Assembly (NCBI RefSeq): GCF_001194135.2
Contig: NC_068982.1
Coordinates: 137,137,714 to 137,201,713 of the forward strand
Reading direction: 5' to 3'
Length of the DNA: 64,000 nt
From: Octopus bimaculoides
Lineage: Eukaryota
The notes under the pieces are model-generated. The model did no database searches, was not told the origin of the DNA, and saw nothing but the letters and a program-made list of their open reading frames with translations. Position numbers and translations under genes: made by a program. Positions 26,716-37,992 of this stretch are shown piece after piece. Numbering within the stretch: position 1 is the first letter of the stretch; each line of letters starts with the position of its first letter.

Positions 26716-29700
26716 GGTGCATCAGCATGGCCGCAGCTCTGAGCTGAAACTTTGAAATGAAATGAAAATACAAACATACATATATACAACAGGCTTCTTT
26801 CAGTTTCCGTCTACCAAATCCACTCACAATGCTTTGGTCGGCCCGAGGCCATAGTAGAAGACACTTGCTCAAGGTGCCACGCAGTGGGACTGAACCCGGA
26901 ACCATGTGGTTGGTAAGCAAGCTACTTACCACACAGCCACTCCTGCGCCTATGTTGAGGAGATGACAACCTCTCTAGGACTGGTGTCACAAGGTGCACCC
27001 AATACATTCTGTAAAGTGATTGGGGTCAACAAAGGCATCCAGTCATAGAAAACATTAAAATGGACAAAGAAAATGTGGTCTTCTGACTACACCTAGGAGG
27101 ATAGTCATCATCATCATCATTTGGCGTCTGTGTTCCCTGCTGGTATGGGTCAGATGGTTTGACAGGAGCTGGAAAGTTGAAGGGTAGCACTAGGCTCTAG
27201 TTGTCTGTTTTTGCAAGGTCTCTACAGCTGGATGCCCTTCCTAGCACAAAAACCACTTTACAAAGTGTACTGGGTCCTTTTTAAATGGCACAACCACAGA
27301 AGCTTTTTACATGGCACCAGCACAGGTGTTTTATACATGGTGCCAGTATAGATGCTTTTTACATGACACTAGCATGTCCACTGTCATAAATCAATGCGCT
27401 ATCACCCCCACCCCATGCTCTAGGATGAAAGGCATGGCTGACCTTGGTAGGAATTGAACTCACAACTTAAGAATCCAGAATAAATACTGACTCTGTGTAA
27501 AACGCCAGTTTCCCATCTGTCAGGTTTAGTTTCAGAGTCAGGGTATTTTTTTTATTTCATTTTTTTTTATTTGTTTCAGTCATTTGACTGCAGCCATGCT
27601 GGAGCACCACCTTTAATCGAGCAAATTAACCCCAGGACTTATTCTTTGTAAGCCTAGTACTTATTCTATTGGTCTCTCTTGCCAAACCGCTAAGTTACAG
27701 GGATGTAAACACACCAGCATCGGTTGTCAAGCGATGTTGGGGGGACAAACACAGACACACAAACATATACATACATATATANNNNNNNNNNNNNNNNNNN
27801 NNNNNNNNNNNNNNNNNNNNNNNNNNNNNNNNNNNNNNNNNNNNNNNNNNNNNNNNNNNNNNNNNNNNNNNNNNNNNNNNNNNNNNNNNNNNNNNNNNNN
27901 TATATATATATATAAATATACGATGGGCTTCTTTCAGTTTCCGTCTACCAAATCCACTCACAAGGCTTTGGTCGGCCCGAGGCTATAGTAGAAGACACTT
28001 GCCCAAGGTGCCACGCAGTGGAACTGAACCCGGAACCATGTGGTTGGTAAGCAAGCTACTTACCACACAGCCACTCCTTAGTGGAAATTTAAATGTATAT
28101 TCTTAACCAAAATAACTTACTCCTAGAATCCCTATCTATTCCTAGGAAATTCCAGCTTTGTGTGTTTGCCCAATGAACTATGAAAAGCAAACACATAAAC
28201 TAGCACGGCTTAAAGTCTCTAGAAAACAGAATAGTCTCTAGAATTGGTAAGGTAGTGATGGTTCACCATATCCAACAATTAAATTAGGAATTGAGAACTG
28301 AAGCGATGTGCGTTATTGAACTGTGAGATTAACTAGAAGCTATTATTTCAGGCAGAGTTCTTTATTGAAGGAGAAAGTATTCTATGCCAAGAAATAGTGC
28401 TGTCCAAAACCTAGTATCTTCTTTGTTAACAGCTCAACACATGCTGCTTCAGTTCCCATTCACTTGAAAGCAAAATATCTTTATACATTTGTTTAACGTG
28501 TTTGCCAAAATATCTCTCAATTTTTATATACATATTTGCCAAAATGTCTCTGTAGTTTTATAAACATATTTGCCAATATATATTTATACTTTTATAAGCA
28601 TGTTAACCAAAATAGCTTTATATTTAAATAAAAATTCTCTTATTTTTTCATATATTGAATCATTATCAAAACCAATTACTACTAAAATAGTCACAAACAA
28701 CCGTTAACGAGTGATGCCAGACAGTTAAAATAAAAATCATTTAATATTCAATATTTATTTTCTCTTTAATTATAAACATGAAATGATGAAATCCAAACAC
28801 TTGAATAAATACAATATAAACTCATTGATAATTCAATATTTGTGACAACTCGAACGAAATTTGAATCACAAATCATTTTTAGTGAGCCCACATTCTAACT
28901 TTAATAATATTGTCGTCGTCATCGTCGTCCTCATCATCAACATTTAATGTCCGTTTTCCATGCTGGCATGGGTTAAACAGTTTGACAGGAGTTGGGAAGG
29001 CCAGGAGCCATACCAGATACCATCATCTGTTTTGGCATGGTTTCTACAGCTTGATGCCCTTCCTAGCACCAACCACTTTACAGAGTATACTAGTGCTCTT
29101 TCCGTAGCACCAGCACCAGTGCTGTCTGTGTGGCACCATCAATGACAGGGTCACCAAATACTTTGCAAGACAAAAACAAAGAAACGTTAATAACATATTT
29201 TCATTATTCAAGGCTTTTACACCTGGACTGGTTTAATGCGAAGTAGTGTAAGTAGGTGGGGATTCTGCCCTGGGTGATACTTTCATGAGAGCAACAAACC
29301 TAAAAACTGCTCCAGGTGACACTCACTCCAGTTATGTCGCTGTCAATGCCTTAGCATCCATAACATTATAGCTGTCATTTTTGTTGCTCTCAATCTCCAA
29401 AAGCTGTCAATCTCCCTAAAAGCACAAAGTTATATGCAAAGGTTTTCAGGCTATGAGCATGCAATACTCTTTACTCTCTCTTTTACTTGTTTCAGTCATT
29501 TGACTGCAGCCATGCTGGGGCACAGCCTTTAGTCGAGCAAATCGACCCCAGGACTTATTCTTTGTAAGCCTAGTACATATTCTATCGGTTTCTTTTGCCG
29601 AACCGCTAAGTTACGGGGGCCGTAAACACACCACCATCAGTTGTCAAGCGATGTTGGGGGGGACAAACACAGACACACAAACATATACACACACACATAC

Positions 29701-29732
29701 ATACATACATACATATATATGTNNNNNNNNNN

Positions 29733-29783
<51 letters not shown>

Positions 29784-30879
29784 TATATATGACAGGCTTC
29801 TTCCAGTTTCCATCTACCAAATCCACTCACAAGGCTTTGGTCGGCCCAAGGCTATAGTAGAAGACACTTGCCCAAGGTGCCATGCAATGGGACTGAACCT
29901 GGAACCATGTGGTGGGTAAGCAAGCTACTTACCACATAGACACTCATTTTTTTCTTGAACTTATCAAGCATGCTCTTTGCTTTTTAAAACTGAAGGGATT
30001 TGATTTGAGATTTAGTTACTATTTCTAGCAGATCGAATAGCAACATAAAGGTGCCCAAATTTTCTTTTTGTTGTTGTTATAGAATTTAATGTGAAGGCAT
30101 ATGGCCCAGTGGTTAGGAAGTTGCACTTACGGTCTAGCGATCATGGGTTTCAATCCTGAACCAAAGCAGTGTGTTATGTTCTCAAGCAAAACATTTCATT
30201 TCACATTACTGCAGTTCACTCAGATGCGAATGGATCACCCAGTGACAGACTAGCTTTCCGATTGGGGCGGGGGGGCATGTTGGCCTGCTTGCTAAGCCAG
30301 TGGGGTGGCATCATTCAAAAGCTAAAATGATGCAAAGCGCATAGTGACAAGTGATGTGTAACAACATTCGATAGTCTGGTCTAACAAATGATTGTGTGAT
30401 GATGTTATAGATATCTTTTCTACTCTAGGCACAAGGCCTGAAATTTTTGGGGAGGGAGGGGCCAGTTGATTAGATCAACCCCCAATATGCAACTGGTACT
30501 TAATTTATCGACCCTGAAAGGATGAAAGGAAAAGTCGACTCCGGCGGAATTTGAACTCAGAACATAAAGACAGACAAAATACCACTAAGCAGTTTGCCCA
30601 ACATGCTAACGTTTCTTATTTCTTTATTGCCCACAAGGGGCTAAACATAGAGGGGACAAACAAGGACAGACAAAGGGATTAAGTTGATTACATCGACCCC
30701 AGTGTGTAACTGGTACTTAATTTATCAACCCCGAAACGATGAAAGGCAAAGTCGACCTCAGCGGAATTTGAACTCAGAATGTAACGGCAGATGAAATACC
30801 GTTAAGCATTTCGCCTGGCATGCTAACGTTTCTGCCAGCTCGAAACCTTAATGTTATAGATATAATGATGTACACATAC

Positions 30880-30971
30880 AAAATCTATTAAATGCTGAAA
30901 GTATTGAAACATGACTCCCGGAGTGATTTGGTGCCAATTTTCCTGTTTCCAAAATGCCGGGTTGCCCTTAT
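30880..30971 (-). CDS. C9orf43-like gene, probable coding exon (92 nt, phase 1/0)
   Basis: Donor TTT|GTATGT, moderate acceptor TAGTTGATCAG. Reads KGNPAFWKQENWHQITPGVMFQYFQHLIDF. Confidence 0.45.
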
Positions 30972-31563
30972 CTGATCAACTAATAATGTCTCTGTAGTAA
31001 TCAGAGTTGTTTGATCAGAGTGTTAAAGGGCTTTACACAAAATAAGCAGTAAAAGCTATTAGCTAATATGTATCAATTATCTATTAAAACAGAATTTGAA
31101 ATTTCAAGCATTTTATATCTTTATATGTACACTCAGCTGGCAAAAATGAATAGTACCTGTATTTCAAAGGGCCAGCCTTGTCCCACTCTGTGTGACTCTG
31201 AATCTCCCTGAGAACTACATTAAGGGTCTTGTATCTGTGGAGTGCTCAGCCACATGTTGGTTAATTTCACAAGCAGGCTGTTCCGTTGATCGAAGGGGCT
31301 AAATCGATTACATCAACTCCAATGATCAATCAATGCTATTTTTTTTTTTTTTTGACCCCCGAAAAGATGAAAGACAAAATCGACCTCGGTGGTGTTTGAA
31401 CTGAGAACGCAAAGATGGAGGAAATGTTGCTAAGCATTTTGCCTGGCGTGACAACATTTCTGCCAGCTCACCGACTTCTTTCATGTTACCATATTGTCAA
31501 GCAAAATAACATTTCTATGACAATTCAAATATGAAGATATTAAAACATGACCCATTTTCTCAC

Positions 31564-31592
31564 CAGCTGTTCTCAAACATTTGCGAGAAGAT
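31564..31592 (-). CDS. C9orf43-like gene, tentative 29-nt exon (phase 2/1)
   Basis: Strong donor CTG|GTGAGA, weaker AAG acceptor. Reads SSRKCLRTA. It is needed to bridge phases, but it lies amid repeat fragments. Confidence 0.3.
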
Positions 31593-32009
31593 CTTTCAAT
31601 AAAGCAGGATGTTGTTTAGTTTACTAAACAATATGCATTGTTGCTTATAACAACATGCAGACGCAGGATATAATTGAATCAACTGGAACCCTTATCGTCG
31701 CAACCGACGGACAGCCATTCAGTGACTTTGTTACTGTCTCCTATGAGATCTTTTATCTTTTACTTGTTTCAATCATTAGGCTATGGCCATGCTGGGGCAC
31801 CATCTTGAAGAATTTTAGTTGAACAAAGCAACCCCAGTACTTGATCTATCGGTGTCTTTTGCTAAACCGCTAAGTTACAGGGACATAAACACATCAGCAC
31901 CGGTTGTGAAGTGGTGGTGGTGGTGGGAGACAGCACAAATATAAAGATACAGCATCTACCCACACACACACATGCACACACACACATATGTATATACACG
32001 CAATGACTA

Positions 32010-32462
32010 GTGACCGAGACCTTTGGTGATGTGCTCTGCTTAAGAGGACCCATCAAGCCAAGTGCACCTGCGCTGGTGGCACATGAAAATTTAACCTTTG
32101 AACGTTGGGCCTCACGGAGGCAAAGTGCCAGAGTTCCTTTCGAGTGTTAGGCCTCATGGAGGCAAATTGGCTGAGTTCCTTTCAAATGTTGGGCTTCATG
32201 GAGGCAAGGTGGCTGAGTTCCTTTTGAGTCTTGGACCTCATGAGGACAATGACCAAGGCCTTTAGCATTATGTCATACTTGAGAAGAAGACCTATCAAGC
32301 CGAGCAAAATCACAGTCATGGTAGATATCAGTGTCACACAAATGGCACCTGTGCAGGTGGCACATAAAAGCACTCATTACACTCCTGGAGTGGTTGGCAT
32401 TAGGAAGGGCATCTAGCCATAGAAAACCATGCCAAATCAAACTGGAGTCTGGTGCAGCCTTC
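32010..32462 (+). mobile_element. RTE 3' end with ~42-bp tandem amplification of the ORF-terminal codons (32095-32260)
   Basis: Four units like CCTTTCGAGTGTTAGGCCTCATGGAGGCAAATTGGCTGAGTT, derived from the RTLGLTEAM codons. Confidence 0.65.
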
Positions 32463-32472
32463 CAAAGAGTAC

Positions 32473-32547
32473 ATCAGCCGAAACGTTGTGTTAACAAGAA
32501 ACAAGATGAGGACAAATATCCGTCAAATGTAAATAATGTAAATAATT
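32473..32547 (+). mobile_element. 3' tail fragment of the hammerhead-bearing SINE (3' half of the ribozyme only)
   Basis: ATCAGCCGAAACGTTGTGTTAAC...GATGAGGACAAATATCCGTCAAATGTAAATAATGTAAATAA is the reverse complement of 33260-33320. Confidence 0.7.
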
Positions 32548-33051
32548 AACACATTATAGACATCAGTTAATATCTGCTGTAGTAGTTGTTGTTTTTTCAT
32601 GTATGTGGGTGTGTAAAATAGCTAATTTTGCAAAAAGCTGCTTAGCTCGAGGGAAACGTGCATTTAATAATCTGTCTGAAGTTTGTAACTTTTACTTCAA
32701 TACATGACTGATACTAGTTAGCGACTACTAGTTTTTTTGTTTGTTTGTTTTTCTAGCTGCAATCTAAGAACTACGTGAGAACAACCTAGAGATATTTCAC
32801 ATGCAGCTAACCAATCAAGTATTCTATCAATAGCCACAAATAAACTGCCCAGGAATATTTCAACCAACCAAGCAGTCTATCAGGAACAACATATGAACAA
32901 TCCACAAACAGTTCGCATATATCCAACACTGAGAATGCTCACAAGTCCTAGATTCTAATACCAGAAGCAAATGGCAGTGGTTCTTTACCCAAGTATGGGT
33001 GGGGAGCCCTCTCTGTTTTTATTTTGCCTCTTGTTTATATTTTATACTTAC

Positions 33052-33132
33052 ATGTTGTTTTGGTTGCAAAAAGCAGCCCTCGTAGATAAAATATTTGATA
33101 TCTCACCAATGTTTGACTGTAACAATAACAGT
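33052..33132 (-). CDS. C9orf43-like gene, coding exon (81 nt, phase 2/2)
   Basis: Consensus acceptor CATTCTCTCTCTAG and donor CAT|GTAAGT. Reads LLLLQSNIGEISNILSTRAAFCNQNN. A second frame is also open. Confidence 0.65.
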
Positions 33133-33303
33133 CTAGAGAGAGAATGTGGTCTTGGTTTGTCCTGTTTTTATGACTCAGCTACTGAATCAGATTATGAATA
33201 GGATACGTGTGCAAGATAAGCATGGGTATAGTAATGTTGAGTTTGGCAGTAAAAATAAGTTATTTACATTTGACGGATATTTGTCCTCATCTTGTTTGTT
33301 GTT

Positions 33304-33346
33304 AACACGTTTCGACTGATATACCCTCCAGCCTTCATCAGGTGTC
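33304..33346 (-). ncRNA. Minimal type I hammerhead ribozyme-like motif (this copy lacks the cleavage-site nucleotides)
   Basis: Stem I GACAC/GTGTT, core CTGATGA, stem II GGCTG/CAGTC, GAAAC. The sister copy at 32480 retains GAAAC-GTT-GTGTT, so 3 nt are deleted here. Confidence 0.65.
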
Positions 33347-33401
33347 TTGGGGGAAATTTCGAACCTGGATTCTCATTCCTAAGATATTTTTTGATGCTAT
33401 A

Positions 33402-33449
<48 letters not shown>

Positions 33450-34350
33450 GAGTGAGAGAGAGCAGTGCATGCCATCAAAGTGACACTGGCGTAAAATATA
33501 CAAAACCCAGTATGCCCATCATGACTACCTGTCTGATAAGAATCATCAGGCACATGCATCACAACCATATGTGCGTGACATGGTAATCTCATATCAAGAT
33601 AAACAGCGCATGACCTCGCAGGTGGGGCCCAGTTAGAATTTTCTTCAGGTCGAGTAGCCCATCCCGCTCAAAAGGTCCCTGAATAAGGTTTGTTTAAGGA
33701 TTTTGAGCAAAACACCCATGTTTCCAAAGGTGAATTATTCAAACCCCAAAGAATTCCTCTCAACACATGGCTATGATACTCCCTCACTACTTCTGCTTGT
33801 GATCAGAGATGCACATATCATCAGCCGCCAAGGGACATGCTCAACTGGTTAAGGTCAAACAACTGACAAGCAAATCTGTGGTATTGAGCAGAATATTTGC
33901 TGTAGCCCATCTTTTATACCAAGACAAAACAATGTACATGATAACACTTCCAATCAATTAAGATCANNNNNNNNNNNNNNNNNNNNNNNNNNNNNNNNNN
34001 NNNNNNNNNNNNNNNNNNNNNNNNNNNNNNNNNNNNNNNNNNNNNNNNNNNNNNNNNNNNNNNNNNNNNNNNNNNNNNNNNNNNNNNNNNNNNNNNNNNN
34101 NNNNNNNNNNNNNNNNNNNNNNNNNNNNNNNNNNNNNNNNNNNNNNNNNNNNNNNNNNNNNNNNNNNNNNNNNNNNNNNNNNNNNNNNNNNNNNNNNNNN
34201 NNNNNNNNNNNNNNNNNNNNNNNNNNNNNNACGTTAAGGGTACACATGTCTGTAGAGTGCTCAGCCACTTGCACATTAATTTCATGAGCAGGCTATTCCG
34301 TTGATCGGATCAACTGGAACCCTCGACGTCATAAGCGATGGAGTGCCAAC
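33450..34350 (+). mobile_element. Unclassified interspersed repeat 'family D'
   Basis: GAGTGAGAGAG..CATGCCATCAAAGTGAC...CAACTGGAACCCTCG. Homologous pieces at 31145-31290, 31676-31725 and, inverted, at 51950-52790. Confidence 0.6.
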
Positions 34351-34373
34351 AACAACAATTATTATTATTATTA

Positions 34374-34415
<42 letters not shown>

Positions 34416-34504
34416 TCACTGTCTGGAATCAAACTCGGAATCTTGGGGTTAGTAGCCCATGCTCTTAACCACTATGTCATATACCCATGGGAATAAGGTG
34501 TAGT

Positions 34505-35095
34505 GACAGTGACACCTCTGACAATGCAGATGACATCTCTGCGAATAACTGGAGACATGTAAGAGACTTGAAACTCCTAGTTATGAATGAATTTGTTGGT
34601 CAAGATGGACCTGTACGAACACCAACTAAACCTAAGCCAATTGATTAGTGCTGGGCTTTCACTTAAGGATTACCTCGACAGACACCAATAAATAGTTTGC
34701 CCACTATTTAGTAGGTCCTACTTAACTATACAGTAAATCCCACATAACCCATGCAGGAAATAATGGGATCACTTCAAAAACATTCCAAAATGCATTTGTA
34801 GCAACCATGTGCTTGAAATATAATGAGCAATTTGCAGGTTTGCTTTTGAAAATAGGATTCATAAGTAAACATGCCATAGAGCAATACCCAGGATACAAAT
34901 TCTCTGAAAATTATTCATCTGTATCACAAGGATTTGAAAAATTATCTGCCTACAAAAGAGTTAAATATTTTCGTTTTTTTTGTTTCATGAATTTTTAGAG
35001 GTTTATCAGAGAGTTGTTTCAAATTTGATTGTAGAATGAATGTGTCCCATGAGCAAAGAGTTCTTCATTCCTGCTGTGTATATAACAAGCCAACA
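34505..35095 (+). mobile_element. Degraded piggyBac transposase fragment
   Basis: SDSDTSD..W..EFVGQDGP..PKPID, DTNK*FA (cf. ETNRYA) and EQFAGLLLKIGFISKHAIEQY (cf. F.GLLI.MG....I.DYW) occur in the expected order, with stops and frameshifts. Confidence 0.5.
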
Positions 35096-35520
35096 CACAA
35101 AGAAAGTGAATTGTTAGTTGTGTAAATTGATTTATAATGAGGAAGAGAAAAAGCTGAATGTTTCAAGCAGAATAGGATCAGGGAGAGATATAAAATGTTT
35201 TCATGAGGCATAAAATAAATAGACTGGCAGGGAGAATTGAGAAAGAGGGCAGTAGATTAAATAGGGAAGAATAAGAAAAGTGAAGCAAAGAAAATAATGA
35301 AGAAGAGGAAGGGAAGTGGATCACAAATCAGTCCAGTAATAACAAGAAAAATGGAAATATAATCAACAAGAATCTTGGAAAATTTAAAAAGTAAAAACAA
35401 AGAGTGGGTGGCATATTTGAAAAATGCAGAAGGAAAAAGGGTAAATTTTGAAAATCAAGCAAAAGTGTTAGGGTCAAGAAAGCACGAAGAAAGCATAATA
35501 GGGTTGTCAAAATGGAAATA

Positions 35521-36443
35521 TTGGGTCATCCTATAAATAATGCGGTTCTTTTTATACTTCTTTTATTTTTCAAAATTAAGATAAATAAAAGTTCTTTTTT
35601 AATCTGAAATATACTCTCCTTCATTTTCTACAATGCTCTTCCATCTATCTGGTAGACTTGCAAGGCCCCTCTTCCAAAATCCACTTATCCTTGATGAAGA
35701 TACTCTTCCAGTATTGTTCTGACCTCATCTACAGAATTCATACTTTTTCCATCCAAATGATTTTGAAGACTGCAGAATAAATGATAATCAGATGGGGCAA
35801 TGTCCAGCAAATATGGTAGGTGGGGCATCGTTTCCCATTCAAACTGCTCCAGTCTTTTGAATATCACCCTTGCTGTATGTGGCTGAGCGTTATCCTGATG
35901 GAAGAACACCTTTCATCTTCAAACCAAAGATGGTCATCTTCCTTCTAGTGCAGGTGTCGATGAATGGTTGAATGACCAAATCCCAGCTTCTCTGCTAGTT
36001 CCTCAACAATTGCCATGGCATTTTGTTCCACCAGGGTTTGCAAAATGTCCTCATCAAGCTCTATAGATCTTCCAGGACAAAGTTCATCTTCTAGGCTGTA
36101 GTTTCCGGCTTGGAATTTCTGGAACCACTGTTGACACTGGCTTACACTTATTGTCCGATCCCCATATACTGCATTAATATTCCTCGCACTTTCTGTTGTG
36201 TTGTTGCGTTTATTGAACTCATAAAGCAAAATATGCCAAATATGCTCTTTTGTCACTTCTATTATAGCTTTGATAAAATAACTGTTAAAATCGAACTGCA
36301 CTCTTCAAAACTTTCACTAAGAATAAGTACAAGGTAAAATTACTACCTGCTTTTATAGCAAGTTGATGCAGGTAGTTTATCCCATCCCCCTCTGACTTTT
36401 AGTTCATGCAATTGAAAAAAAAATACATTATTTATGGGATGAA

Positions 36444-36447
<4 letters not shown>
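35521..36447 (-). mobile_element. Internally deleted mariner (D,D34D) transposon
   Basis: TIRs TTGGGTCATCCTATAAATAATG / CATTATTTATGGGATGAACCAA flanked by TA. N-terminal HTH ORF (35945-36301) and C-terminal FHQDNAQPH..HLPYLLDIAPSDYHLF. The WVPH and first-D region is missing. Confidence 0.9.
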
Positions 36448-36483
<36 letters not shown>

Positions 36484-36639
36484 AATGTTCTGAAGAATGA
36501 CCTCAGGAAGGTGAACCTTTTAGGCGAGATGACAAAGGACTGAGATACCTGGTGCCGGGTTGTACTCAAGAAGACCCGTACTCAGCATCAAAAGTGTTAA
36601 GACTGAACCTTCAGGTGGTAAAAAGAGCTCATGGCAGTG

Positions 36640-36915
36640 CCACAATAACGCACCCATGTGCTCATTTATCACTTCCATTATAGCTTTGAAAAAAATAACT
36701 GTTAAAATCGAACTGCACTCTTCAAAACTTGCACTAAGAATAAGCACAAGGTAAAATTATTACCTGCTTTTATAGCAAGTTAATGCAGGTAGTTTATCCC
36801 ATTCCCCTCATCATCATCATCATCATCGTTTAACGTCCGCTTTCCATGCTAGCATGGGTCCGACTTTTAATTCATGCAATTGAAAAAAAAACACATTATT
36901 TATGGGATGACCCAA
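36640..36915 (-). mobile_element. Second copy of the mariner 5' end, carrying a ~50-bp RTE-tail insertion (36808-36858)
   Basis: Repeats 36235-36447 including the TIR. CATCATCAT...GTTTAACGTCCGCTTTCCATGCTAGCATGGG is inserted relative to the first copy. Confidence 0.8.
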
Positions 36916-37942
36916 TATGTTACCTCTTTTATTACTCTGTTTCTGTTGAAACACACTGCCTTTGTCTCAGTTTTAGAAATGAAGAATTTACTAAAAGAAC
37001 TTTGTTGCTATGAAGCTAGCATTTGGAAGATTTTAATTTAGACCACTTTAAAAAAAAGGAAGTTTGTATCTGAGAACCAGCAGCTTTCTCAGGCAGGTTG
37101 GAATCAAACAGGATTTGAAAGGATAATGAGAAGCATTCATTACTTCTTGTAAGCAAGGAAGTTCCTAATGTAAGCATGAGGTGTTTTACTCTACATTTGT
37201 TTGTAAAGGATGAGCTGTAGTGTAAGTAGATCCCATAAACTGGGAAGTGGTTCCAAGGAGTGACCTTGTGCATTGACCTTTTATGCAATCACTTAACTTT
37301 TCTAAAAGTAAAAAATTTTCTTTTTTAAGTCCCAAATTTCAGAAACAGTCTGCTTTGAAATAGAAATGAAAATGGCCACAAATAGATGGTTCACTAAAAC
37401 GCTCCATTTCCTGAATACTATCTTGTCATGATGTGATTGGTGTCACGCAGAGCTGATAACCTCTCTAGAAATATTGATAATTCACTTTTAAAGTGGTTTG
37501 TTATATATTTGCTTTTGAAAACAACAGCTTTTGTGAAAAACGAAAATAAAATTAAGCTTTCAATTAATAACCATGAATGTAAAACAAATAGAATTATGCT
37601 AGCAAAGAAAGTTCTCAGTATCCTGAATTTTGTGGCGTAATTTCATTTCTCGACAAGATAAATTTAATTTTGTAATATACCTAACACTCTTGGGAAAGGT
37701 ATGAAAATCACAACTCCCATGTTGATCCCATGTCATAAATTATGCTATGTGGAGGAAAGCAGTGGAGACAAGATGTAACAGGAGAGTCACTTCATGACTT
37801 AACTGTGTCAAAGCAATCATTAGAACCACACACTTTAATATTTCAGCTGAATTACTCAATATTTTCTTGTACAGACACTTGAGTATTTTAAACCAGCAGA
37901 AGAGAGAGACTCTTTTAATGCTTTCTTATCATTTTTGTCTTG

Positions 37943-37992
<50 letters not shown>

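Larger units (their letters stand above)
33260..34490 (-). mobile_element. tRNA-headed SINE (head 34410-34490, AAT spacer, hammerhead-like tail 33260-33400), split by a ~900-bp 'family D' insertion
   Basis: Head TGACATAGTGGTTAAGAGC...GAGTTTGATTCC (A/B boxes). (ATT)n lies on both sides of the insert. The tail contains GACAC-CTGATGA-A-GGCTG..CAGTC-GAAAC-GTGTT. Confidence 0.6.

Noticed and set aside
29330-29420. Minus-strand exon candidate with GTGAGT donor
   Set aside because: All three frames contain stops before the donor.
32950-33090. Plus-strand TM-like peptide YGWGALSVFILPLVYILYLHVVLVAK
   Set aside because: Overlaps the better supported minus-strand exon and its T-rich donor-side intron, and is preceded by an in-frame stop.
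34410-34490. tRNA gene (also 23480-23552, 30095-30160 and SINE B/C heads)
   Set aside because: A/B boxes are present but no complete cloverleaf, and each runs into a SINE body.
34720-34900. Minus-strand 56-codon open frame with acceptor
   Set aside because: Lies antisense within the piggyBac fossil.
37440-37560. Minus-strand frame KYITNHFKSELSIFLER as an additional exon
   Set aside because: Only weak AAG acceptor and GTTATC donor, and it is not required for phase continuity.
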